Shown: in pieces, positions 9,719 to 18,178 of the stretch | Numbering within the stretch: the stretch's first letter is position 1 | Layout: the number at the start of each line of letters is the position of its first letter | Source: an uncultured Chloroflexia bacterium | GTDB taxonomy: Bacteria > Chloroflexota > Anaerolineae > Anaerolineales > Anaerolineaceae | DNA length: 32,000 nucleotides | Assembly: GCA_963806635.1 (NCBI GenBank) | Contig: CAWDZA010000002.1 | Span: 68,048 to 100,047 of the forward strand | Reading direction: 5' to 3' | Notes under the pieces: model-generated | What the model saw: only the letters and a program-made list of their open reading frames with translations | What the model was told of the DNA's origin: nothing | Databases searched by the model: none | Translations under genes and position numbers: made by a program

Positions 9719-11129
9719 ATGCCCAAAGTCCATACCCGCTTCGTCTGCCAGCAGTGCGGCAAGGTGACCTCCAAATCCTTCGGACGCTGCCCGCAGTGCG
9801 GGTCCTATGCTTCGATGGTGGAAGAGGTGGTCACGGCTCCAGCCACCTCGGCAAGAACGGGTAATTCCGCTCAGCCTGGTAAACGAATCCCCCAAGAGCC
9901 TGGCGGAGATCACCGGCGACGCGGAAGAGCGCTTTGCCCTGCCGATTGCCGAGTTCGCCCGCGTGCTGGGCGGCGGCATCGTGCCCGGCTCCATCGTGCT
10001 GGTGGGCGGCGATCCCGGGATCGGCAAATCCACCCTGCTGCTGCAGATGGCGCATGGAGGTGGCGCCCGCTGGGGAAGGTGCTGTACGTCTCCGGCGAGG
10101 AATCGGTGCGCCAGATCAAGATGCGCGCCCTGCGGCTGATGCGCGAGGAAGGCGGAGCGCAAGGGGGCGATTCCCCGAACCTGCTGCTGCTGACCGAGAC
10201 CAACCTGGATGTCATCCTGCAGCACACCGCCGAGGTGAACCCGACCTTCCTGATCATCGATTCGATCCAGACCGTTTACCTGCCGGAAATGACCTCCTCG
10301 GCCGGATCGGTCGGGCAGGTGCGCGAGTGCGCCTCGCGGCTGCGCGAGCTGGCCAAAGCCAGCGGCATCGCGGTGTTCCTGGTCGGGCACGTCACCAAGG
10401 AAGGCACCATCGCCGGGCCGCGGGTGCTGGAGCACATCGTCGATACCGTCCTCTACCTGGAGGGCGACCGCTACCAATCCTACCGGCTGCTGCGCTCGGT
10501 GAAGAACCGCTTTGGCGCCACCGCCGAGGTGGGCGTTTTTGAGATGCGCGAGAACGGCATGATCGAGGTCAGCAATCCCTCCGAGGCCTTCCTGGCCGAG
10601 CGTATGGTGAACGCCCCCGGCAGCGCCATCGCGGTGACGATGGAGGGCACCCGCCCGCTGCTGGTGGAGATCCAGGGGCTGACCAGCCCCTCGAACCTGG
10701 GCAATCCGCGCCGCACCCCCAACGGGGTGGATTTCAACCGCCTGCTGCTTGTCACGGCTGTGCTGGCCCGGCGGGCGCACCTGAAGATCTGACGACGCGG
10801 ACGTGTTCGTCAATGTGGTCGGCGGATTGCGCATCGACGAGCCGGCAGCCGACCTGGCCGTGGCGGCGGCGATCGCCTCCTCCGTCAAGGATGCACCGGT
10901 GAAGGCCGATACGGTGCTGATCGGCGAGATCGGTCTTTCGGGCGAGCTGCGCTGGGTGAGCCAGATGAATGCCCGCCTGAACGAGGCGGTCAAACTTGGT
11001 TTCAAGAGCGCGGTGATCCCGCGCAGGATCAAACACGGGGAAAAGCTGCCCCCCGGAATTCAGATCATCGAAGCCCGCTCGGTGCGGGAAGCCCTGGAAT
11101 GGGCATTGAAAGGCGGAGAAAATGAATGA
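9719..11129 (+). pseudogene. radA: DNA repair protein RadA/Sms, three frame breaks (~9830-9890, ~10055-10080, ~10785-10790)
   Basis: Frame 1 holds the N-terminal zinc ribbon '[22 protein letters not shown]'. ORF 9807..10139 holds '[50 protein letters not shown]' (Walker A). The sequence returns to frame 1 for '[19 protein letters not shown]...KNRFG' and then stops at 10790. ORF 10803..11129 holds the Lon-like C-terminal domain 'DVFVNVVGGLRIDEPAADLAVAAAIASS'. Confidence 0.9.
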
Positions 11130-11643
11130 ACGCATCTTGCCGGTTGTGTTGAGCGCGGCGCGGACCACCCGGCTGAACCATGCCCTCGAGCATGCTACGT
11201 TGAACGTCCTTTCCCGGCTGGGAGTGCAGGCCAGGCTCGGGGGATATTCTGAAAAGGACGGGTTTTTCATCCTCGGCTCCATTGATTCGCAGGTGCTTAA
11301 GACTGCCGTGGACCAGGCTTACGAGCGACTGCTGCATGGCGAACCCTGGCTGGCCATCCACGAAAAATGCGGGACGAACTACGTGGCGGCCGGCGCGGTG
11401 GCCGGGTTTGCCGCCTGGCTGGGGATGCTCGGCGTGGGCAGTGGCTGGCGGCAAAAGGCCGATCGTCTGCCGATGGTGATGCTGCTCGTCACGATTTCGA
11501 CGATCCTAGCACAACCTCTGGGACCATTTTTACAGAAAGAGCTGACCACCGACCCGCGTGTGGATGCCATCCGGGTGGTTTCGATCACCCGCTACGACCG
11601 CGGCGCGCTGGTGGTGCACCGTATTCGCACGGCAAGAATCTGA
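11122..11643 (+). CDS. conserved hypothetical protein (two predicted TM helices; 'NHALEHAT' and 'HEKCGTN' motifs)
   Basis: 173 aa. Its ATG overlaps the radA stop (ATGA at 11122-11129), suggesting translational coupling. Hydrophobic segments are 'YVAAGAVAGFAAWLGMLGV' and 'LPMVMLLVTISTILAQPLG'. I recognise no family with confidence. Confidence 0.5.
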   Translation: MNERILPVVLSAARTTRLNHALEHATLNVLSRLGVQARLGGYSEKDGFFILGSIDSQVLKTAVDQAYERLLHGEPWLAIHEKCGTNYVAAGAVAGFAAWLGMLGVGSGWRQKADRLPMVMLLVTISTILAQPLGPFLQKELTTDPRVDAIRVVSITRYDRGALVVHRIRTARI

Positions 11644-11652
11644 TCCGCGGGG

Positions 11653-12666
11653 ATGAATTTGACAACACCAAGAATCCGCATCCTGCAGTGCGAAGACGAG
11701 CTGGCCCTGGACCGAACCCTGCGGGAGGAGACCGCGCGGGTCAACCCCGATCCTGGGATCGCCGACTTGAATATCGCCCGTCTGGATGCGCGCGGGGCTT
11801 CGCAGGCGGAGATCGCCACCGCCATCAACGCCATGCCCTTCCTGGCTGAATATCGCCTGGCGATCCTCGAAAATACCGTCCCGGGTGGCAGGGATGAGGG
11901 GGCGAGGGAAAAATTCCTGCACCTGCTTGAAAATTCCCCTGAAACCACCCGTATCATCCTGGTGCTGGCGGATGAATACAAACCCTCGGGCGCGGGCAGC
12001 GGGTGGCAAACCTATAAACGCGACCACTGGCTTCGAAAGTGGCAGGATGGGCAGAAGGAGAAAGCCGGGTGGGAGGAGCTGCGGCTGCCGGAATTGCGGG
12101 CGATGCCCGCATGGATCCAGCAGGAAGCCCGGCGGCAGGGAGGCGAGATCACCCCGCAGGCGGCGCTGGAGCTCGCGAATGCCACCGGCACGGATACGCT
12201 TTCGGCGGCCTCCGAGATAGAAAAACTGCTGGCCTATACCGAAGCCAGGCGCCCGGTGAGCCTGGAGGACGTACAGGTGCTGTGCGCCTCGGGGGACCAG
12301 ACCAATATCTTCGAGATGGTGGAGGCAGTGACACGCGGGGATGCCCGCCGGGGGATGAAGCTGCTGCACCAGATGCTGGAAAAAGAGGACGCGCAGGTGA
12401 TCTTTGGGATGATCGTGCGCCAGTTCCGCATGCTGATCCAGGCGAAGGCGATCCTGGATGACCGCGGCGGGGTGAACGAGGTAACGCAGGCGCTCAAGAC
12501 TGCCGATTTCGTCGCCCGCAAGCTGGTGGAGCAGGCGCGGCGGTTCAGCCTGGCGGAGCTGCAGGAGATCTACCGCAAATTATTGGATATCGACCTGGAA
12601 TCCAAGAACAGCACCACCCCCTGGGAGGTGGCGTTGGATACGTTTGTGGTCGATATTTCCCGATAG
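11653..12666 (+). CDS. holA: DNA polymerase III subunit delta
   Basis: 337 aa. The C-terminal helical region 'IFEMVEAVTRGDARRGMKLLHQML...VIFGMIVRQFRMLIQAK...ARKLVEQARRFSLAELQEIYRKLLDIDLESK' is typical of HolA, as are the size and the position next to radA. Confidence 0.8.
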   Translation: MNLTTPRIRILQCEDELALDRTLREETARVNPDPGIADLNIARLDARGASQAEIATAINAMPFLAEYRLAILENTVPGGRDEGAREKFLHLLENSPETTRIILVLADEYKPSGAGSGWQTYKRDHWLRKWQDGQKEKAGWEELRLPELRAMPAWIQQEARRQGGEITPQAALELANATGTDTLSAASEIEKLLAYTEARRPVSLEDVQVLCASGDQTNIFEMVEAVTRGDARRGMKLLHQMLEKEDAQVIFGMIVRQFRMLIQAKAILDDRGGVNEVTQALKTADFVARKLVEQARRFSLAELQEIYRKLLDIDLESKNSTTPWEVALDTFVVDISR

Positions 12667-12672
12667 GCACAG

Positions 12673-13263
12673 TTATTCAGGATTTTTATTCGCCAGTTCC
12701 GGCGAATTGCGTTCCCCGGTCAGCCTTCTGATAAAAACCACCCCGGCGGCAGCGACAACCGCCAGGAGCAATTGCCAGGGTTTACCCTGCCAGATCATCA
12801 ATGCCAGAATCACAGGGATGCCTGCGGCTGCCAGGGCAGGGCCGGGATTCCTGCGGAAGATGCGCGCGGAGATGATGCCCACCCCCAGACCGATCCACGC
12901 CACCCAGCCGGAGAGCGCCCAGATCGCGCCGCCAGTCGTCGCCAGCGCCCAGCCGCCGTATTTCCAGCGCAGGAAGGGCCAGCTATGCCCCGCCGCCGGG
13001 GCAGCGGCGATGAGCGGCAGCCAGTTGAGGTTCACATTCCAATGAAATGCCAGCCAGACGGGCAGGAAGCCCTTGCCGGCATCAAAGATCAGCACCAGCA
13101 GCGCGGGGAAGAAACCTATCTTGCGGAACACCGAGAACGTGCCGGGTTTTTCGCCGGTTTCAAAGGCCCGCTTGCCAAATTTAAGGCGGAAGGCCAGCTC
13201 TGCCGGCATCACCCCACCCAGCAGATAACCCCCGATCACCAGAAGAATTGGCGCGTATTCCAT
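12673..13263 (-). CDS. PlsY-family (glycerol-3-phosphate acyltransferase-like) membrane protein with divergent motifs
   Basis: Aligns by eye to PlsY: 'ETGEKPGTFSVFRKIG' vs GSGNxGATNxxRxxG, 'DAGKG' vs DxxKG, and 'AGHSWPFLRWKYGGWALATTGG' vs GHxxPxxxxFKGGKGxATxxG. I prefer the ATG at 13263 (MEYAPILLVIGGYLLG, AAGGGGG upstream) over the TTG at 13287. Confidence 0.55.
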   Translation of the reverse strand: MEYAPILLVIGGYLLGGVMPAELAFRLKFGKRAFETGEKPGTFSVFRKIGFFPALLVLIFDAGKGFLPVWLAFHWNVNLNWLPLIAAAPAAGHSWPFLRWKYGGWALATTGGAIWALSGWVAWIGLGVGIISARIFRRNPGPALAAAGIPVILALMIWQGKPWQLLLAVVAAAGVVFIRRLTGERNSPELANKNPE

Positions 13264-13279
13264 CCGGAGCAATCCCCCT

Positions 13280-14293
13280 TCAATCAAAATTCAAGATCGA
13301 TTTTCGCAGTTCGCCCCACTTGAGCGAATCAGCGATGCCCTGCTCGATGGGCAGCTCTGCCTTCCAGCCCAGCAGCCGCTCGGCGGTATCCGCATTGGCA
13401 AAGGATCCGGCCACATCCCCCGGGCGGGGAGGCGATTCGCGGCTGGGGACCGGTTTGCCGTAGACTTTCTCGAAGGCTGTCAGCAGCTCCCGCACGGTCA
13501 CGCCCCGCCCGGTACCCAGGTTGATCACCAGGTAGTTGTCCGTCGGGTTGCCGGCGCGGGCGAAAGTTTCGTCAAAGTGCACCAGGGCACGGATGTGCGC
13601 GCGGGCCAAATCCCAGACGTGGATGTAATCCCGCACGCCGGTGCCATCCCGGGTGGGGTAATGGGTGCCGGTGATCTCGAAGACCGGTTGTTTCCCCAGG
13701 GCGGTATCCACCAGCTTGCCGATGATGTGCGAGGGGTCCTTCACATGGATGCCGGAACGCATCTGCGGATCGGCGCCGATGGGGTTGAAATAGCGCAGGG
13801 CGATCCCGCGCATGCCGTAGGCGGCGCAGAAATCCTTGAGGATCATCTCCATGGTCAACTTGGTGCGCGCGTAGGGGCTGATGGGCTTGAGCGGCGAATC
13901 CTCGGTGACCATGAAGCCGGGCACCACATCGTAGAGCGCGGCGGTGGAGCTGAAGACGATGCGCTTGCAGCCCAGGTCGCGCAGGCTGCGGAAGAGCTCC
14001 AGCGATTTGGCCACATTCTCGCGGTAATACTCGTAGGGCTTGGCCATCGACTCGGGTACCACGATCAGCGCTGCGCAGTGCACCACCGCCTGGATATCCG
14101 GGTGCTCGCGGAAGATCTTCTCCACAGCGCTGGAATCGGCGATATCCGCCTGGTAGAAGATGCGCCCGCGGGTGAACTCGATCCGCCCGGTGATGAGCGA
14201 ATCCAGGATGATGGGGGTGTGTCCCTCATCCTCCAGGGCCGAGCAGATGGTGCTGCCGATGTAGCCGGCGCCGCCGGTGATCAGGTATTTCAT
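13280..14293 (-). CDS. galE: UDP-glucose 4-epimerase (NAD-dependent SDR)
   Basis: 337 aa with 'MKYLITGGAGYIGS' (Rossmann fold), the catalytic 'SPYARTK' (YxxxK) and 'LRYFNPIGA'. GAGG lies 5 nt upstream of the ATG. Confidence 0.9.
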   Translation of the reverse strand: MKYLITGGAGYIGSTICSALEDEGHTPIILDSLITGRIEFTRGRIFYQADIADSSAVEKIFREHPDIQAVVHCAALIVVPESMAKPYEYYRENVAKSLELFRSLRDLGCKRIVFSSTAALYDVVPGFMVTEDSPLKPISPYARTKLTMEMILKDFCAAYGMRGIALRYFNPIGADPQMRSGIHVKDPSHIIGKLVDTALGKQPVFEITGTHYPTRDGTGVRDYIHVWDLARAHIRALVHFDETFARAGNPTDNYLVINLGTGRGVTVRELLTAFEKVYGKPVPSRESPPRPGDVAGSFANADTAERLLGWKAELPIEQGIADSLKWGELRKSILNFD

Positions 14294-14319
14294 AAAAACC
14301 TCATTCGTGACTTTTAAAA

Positions 14320-14325
14320 ATTATA
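14320..14325 (-). promoter_or_regulatory. candidate -10 (TATAAT) for galE
   Basis: The minus strand reads GGTTTATAAT, 26 nt upstream of the galE ATG, in the 50-nt gap after the DUF1232 gene. Confidence 0.35.
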
Positions 14326-14343
14326 AACCGTTCTGGGAAATCC

Positions 14344-14730
14344 TTATACCTTCCAGCGCAGCCTCCAGATCAACCATCCGACCAAACCCAGGCCAACCAG
14401 CCAAAGGGAAACGATTATAAGAATCCCCCAAACATTTCGGATTGGCAACGCCTGATCCGAGTAAGCCGCTTTCTCCCGGGCAGAAGCCATGATCTCCGCC
14501 GGGATCAATTTGATCGCGAAAAAAATACCGAGGGGAAGGATGATCAGGTCATCCAGGTATCCCAGAACGGGGATGAAATCGGGGATGAGGTCGATCGGGC
14601 TGAGGGCGTAACCGATTACCAAAATTGCGGCAACCCTGGCGTACCAGGGCGTTCGAGGGTCGCGATAGGCCAGATAGAGCGCGGCTAATTCGCTCTTTAG
14701 CGCTCGCAGGCGATTTTTAAAATTCTCCAT
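14344..14730 (-). CDS. DUF1232 (YkvA-family) membrane protein
   Basis: Carries the signature 'YALSPIDLIPDFIPVLGYLDDLIILPLG'. I prefer the ATG at 14730 (MENFKNRLRALK...). The ORF track extends to a TTG at 14790, which abuts the upstream GT2 stop. Confidence 0.7.
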   Translation of the reverse strand: MENFKNRLRALKSELAALYLAYRDPRTPWYARVAAILVIGYALSPIDLIPDFIPVLGYLDDLIILPLGIFFAIKLIPAEIMASAREKAAYSDQALPIRNVWGILIIVSLWLVGLGLVGWLIWRLRWKV

Positions 14731-14790
14731 CCAGGAATTCCACAAACTGGAGCAAAGACCCCGGGCAAGATGCCAGGGCTTCAAACCCAA

Positions 14791-15777
14791 CTAGGGATAG
14801 ATCCCACGGATCAGGTAGACCGGGCGGTGCTTGACCTCTTGGAAGATGTAACCAATATACAGGCCAATGATCCCGAGCGAGGTGAGCACGCAGCCGCCGA
14901 TGATCAGAAGCATGAACATGAGCGAACTCCAGCCCGGCTCGAGGGCGGATTGATGACCGCCGAGCCACAAGCTGAGCACGTAGATGACCTCCACCAGGGC
15001 TAGGAGGAAAAAGAGCGCCCCGATGGAGATGCTGATATAGAGCGGCACCAGGGAGAAAGAGAAGATCGCATTGACCGCCAGGTTCATCATCTTGCGGGTG
15101 GTGTATTTGGATTCGCCGGCCATGCGTTCGGCGGGAGCGAACTCGAGGATGGCGGTCTTGAAGCCAGCCCAGGCGACCATCCCGCGCAGAAAGCGGTGGT
15201 ATTCCGGCATGCGCCGCAGCGCCAGCACAACCTGGTGGGTGAGCAGGCGGAAATCCGCTCCGCCCGGGAGGATGTAGGTATCCCCGATGCGGTTGACCAT
15301 TTTGTAAAAGAGTCCGGAGGTCATGCGCTTGAATGCCGAAAGATTTTCCTGATCCAGGCGGCGGGTGAGCACCACCTCAGCACCCTGCTCCGCCATTTCC
15401 AGCAACTGACCGATCAGCTCGGGAGGGTGCTGACCATCGCCATCCAGCGAGATGACGAAATCCGCGTCGGCGTGATCCAACCCGGCGGAAAGGGCGGCCT
15501 GGTGACCGAAGTTGCGGCTGAATTCGATGACCCGCACCCGGGCGTCTTTTTTGGCGATGGCAAGCAGCTTTTGCTGGGTTTTATCCACCGATCCATCGTT
15601 AACGTAAAGTATGCCCACCTGATATTTTAGCGGTTTGATCGCCCGTGCCAGGCGTTCATGGAATGCCTCGATGACTGCTTCCTCGTTGAAGACAGGAATG
15701 ACAAGGTCGAGGTTGGGAAATGCTTTGCGGATTGTTTTTCTGGGTTCCGCGGAGGCCGAATTGGATCGTGGGCTCAT
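14791..15777 (-). CDS. GT2 polyprenol-phosphate glycosyltransferase (GtrB/CsbB/ArnC-like) with two C-terminal TM helices
   Basis: 328 aa with 'LVIPVFNEEAVI', 'YVNDGSVDKT' and 'VISLDGDGQHPP' (DxD). The C-terminus has 'AIFSFSLVPLYISISIGALFFLLALV' and 'MFMLLIIGGCVLTSLGIIGLYIGYI', the classic GtrB topology. GAGGAG precedes the ATG at 15777. Confidence 0.85.
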   Translation of the reverse strand: MSPRSNSASAEPRKTIRKAFPNLDLVIPVFNEEAVIEAFHERLARAIKPLKYQVGILYVNDGSVDKTQQKLLAIAKKDARVRVIEFSRNFGHQAALSAGLDHADADFVISLDGDGQHPPELIGQLLEMAEQGAEVVLTRRLDQENLSAFKRMTSGLFYKMVNRIGDTYILPGGADFRLLTHQVVLALRRMPEYHRFLRGMVAWAGFKTAILEFAPAERMAGESKYTTRKMMNLAVNAIFSFSLVPLYISISIGALFFLLALVEVIYVLSLWLGGHQSALEPGWSSLMFMLLIIGGCVLTSLGIIGLYIGYIFQEVKHRPVYLIRGIYP

Positions 15778-15797
15778 GCAACTCCTCGCATTAAAGT

Positions 15798-15806
15798 ATT
15801 ATACCA
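15798..15806 (-). promoter_or_regulatory. candidate extended -10 promoter (TGGTATAAT) for the GT2/DUF1232 unit
   Basis: The minus strand reads TGGTATAAT, 20 nt upstream of the GT2 ATG, with the GAGGAG RBS in between. Confidence 0.45.
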
Positions 15807-15831
15807 ATGCGGGGGAAGCATTTTCAGTGGA

Positions 15832-18139
15832 TCACTTTCCCCCTGCCAGGAACATCGTTTTTCCGTCCGTGGTCACCACCAACTGCCCGTTGTCCGCAAC
15901 TTGTATCCAGGAATTGTCTGGCGCGGGCTGCACAGTGTCGTACCAGAGGATCCCCAGGGCAGGCAACGAGTTCCACTCCGCTGGAGGAGAAGCCACCAGG
16001 TCGTTTTTTCCCAGAAGGACGAGTGAAGGAGGGGAGCGGCGCGCACTTTCTTTTAATTCCTGCGGAGAAAAACCACCCGGCAGGAGCAGAGAGAAATTTT
16101 CGTAATCGAATACCAGCGCGGTACCGCTTTCGCCGGAGGCGAGCACCCTCAGGACCAGTCCGGGTTCGAGCTGATAGGTCTGTCCTGCTTCCAGGACGCT
16201 GCTCTTTGCGCCATCCTGCCGCAGGGTTGATTCCAGGCTGCGGGTGGCAGAATTGGCCGGGACAGCCCCGCCCCACAGGACGTTGTTCACCTGCACCTGC
16301 TCGGCGAGGAACGGCAAGCCGGCAAGGGGGCTGGCCTGGGCGTCAGTCAGGATCAACCCGTCCAGCCGGCGCTCGAAGGGGGAGAGCCGCGCATCCACCC
16401 GGGCGGTCAGCTCGCGCCCGTTGGCGGCGCCATTGATCAGGTAGGCCTGCCCACGCGGGGTGAGGATCAGGACCGCATGGCTGTTATCCAACCCTGGCAG
16501 CAGGATATGCAACCTGCCATCCGGCCGGGAGGCAGCTTCCATCCAGGCGGCCAGGGCAGCAATGCCGCAGATGGTGAGCAGAATGGCCGGTTTTGCCTGC
16601 GCTGGGAACCGCTTTGCGAGGAGATAGAGCCCTGCAGCCAGCGCCAGCAGCACAACGATCCACACGAAACCAGACTCGGATACTTTGAACGCCCCACCAA
16701 GATCGGAAAACGCTTCCACGATGCTTATCGTGTAGGTCAGCGGAACCAGGGCGAACCATCCCAGCAGGGAGCCCAGCGGCAAATAGATCATTCCACCAAC
16801 CATCGCCGCTGCACCCAGCATCATCACCAGCGGCTGGGCAGGAAGGATCAGTGGGTTGGCGAGGATGGCGCTCAGCGAGATCTGGTGGAAGTGCCAGGCC
16901 ATCAGCGGCAGGGTGGCGATCTGGGCGGCAAGCGTCAGCAGAACGTATTCTCCCACCGGCACTGCGATCCCACGCGCCTTCCCCGGAGGCATCCGTTTTT
17001 CCAGCCAGGCAGAGAACCAGTGAAGCAGACGGGTTACCCAGGACGATCAGCCCCAGGGTGGCGGTGAACGAAAGCTGAAAGCTGACATCCCAGAGCAGGT
17101 AGGGATCGAAGAGGCACATTACCGCGGCGGTGAGGACCAGGGTGTTCAGCCCTGATCCGCGCCGCCCGATCTGCATGCCCAGGATGGCCATGGCGCCCAT
17201 AATGGCTGCCCTCATCACCGCCGGCTCCATGCCTACCAGCAGGGAGTAGAGAAAGACCGCGATGATCGAGAATATCGCTGCTTTCCAGCGCGAGGTAAAG
17301 AGCCGCAGCGCCCAGAATACGAAAGCTGAGACGATGGCGATATTGAATCCGGAGATGGCGATGATGTGGGCGGTACCGGTCTGCTGGAAAGCGTTGGTGA
17401 GGTCATCGGGGAGATCTTGATCCAAACCGAGCAGGATACCATTCAGCAGCGCTGCTTGCGGCTGGGGCAGGATCTGGTTGATGACTGTGTAGCCCCGCAG
17501 ACGGAGAGAATATAGAGCGACGATGAGCGGGTTACCGTGCCCGTGTGACAATACTTCGATTTTGGGAAAGGCGACCAGGGTCTGGATGCCCTGGCGGGCG
17601 AGATATTCGCGGTAGGAGAAGGTCTCATCCTCAGGCGGGGTCTGCGGCTCTCCGGTGATCCTGAGCATGTCGCCATACTTGACCTCCGTTCCGGGCCGGG
17701 TTTGCACCTGGATCCTGCCGGAAGAGGGGGCGATTCCGGCTCCTTCCGACACGACATCGGCTTTGAATGAGGTTGTTTTCCCATTCGTTGTTGGCAGACT
17801 GGTGACGACTGCCGAGAAAGTTATCCCGCCGCGGTCATTTTGAGAAGCGATATGGTCAGGAGAAAATGAAGTAGTTTGGACAGGGTATCGCCATGCGCCC
17901 AGGGCTAGCGCGGCCAATAGATACTGCGAAGCGGAAGAGGGACTGATTCTGCGCCAGGATTGGAGCAGGTGCACACGGGCGGTGAAGCGCTTTTCCAGCA
18001 CCGCGAGAAGCGCACTGAGGATGAAAATTACAAATAGAACAGGTTTGGGAATGGTGCTGACGCTGCCCAGCCAGATGCCTGCGAGGAATGCTGTGGAGAG
18101 CCAGAGCAGGGGCATGGGGATATTATAAATAAGGCTCAA
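15832..18139 (-). pseudogene. comEC: ComEC/Rec2 DNA internalization channel protein, one frame break (~17033-17048); C-terminal MBL-like domain degenerate
   Basis: ORF 16484..18139 holds the N-terminal TM/OB-like part (DUF4131-like) and the competence domain ('GTAHIIAISGFNIAIV', 'SFQLSFTATLG'). The true continuation 'VTRLLHWFSAWLEKRMPPGKARGIAVPVGEYVLLTLAAQIATLPLMAWHF...' is in the frame of ORF 15832..16992. Confidence 0.85.
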
Positions 18140-18178
18140 AAATTGGCAAGCTGCTCCGGGACGATAGATTCAGCTGTG

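Noticed and set aside
9713-11032. 439-aa minus-strand ORF opposite radA, plus other long alternative-frame ORFs (8159..9079, 11530..12369, 13577..14317, 21450..22418, 23742..24626, 24098..24829)
   Set aside because: All overlap stronger, homology-supported genes on the other strand or in another frame. They translate to Arg/Gly/Pro/His-rich low-complexity sequence.
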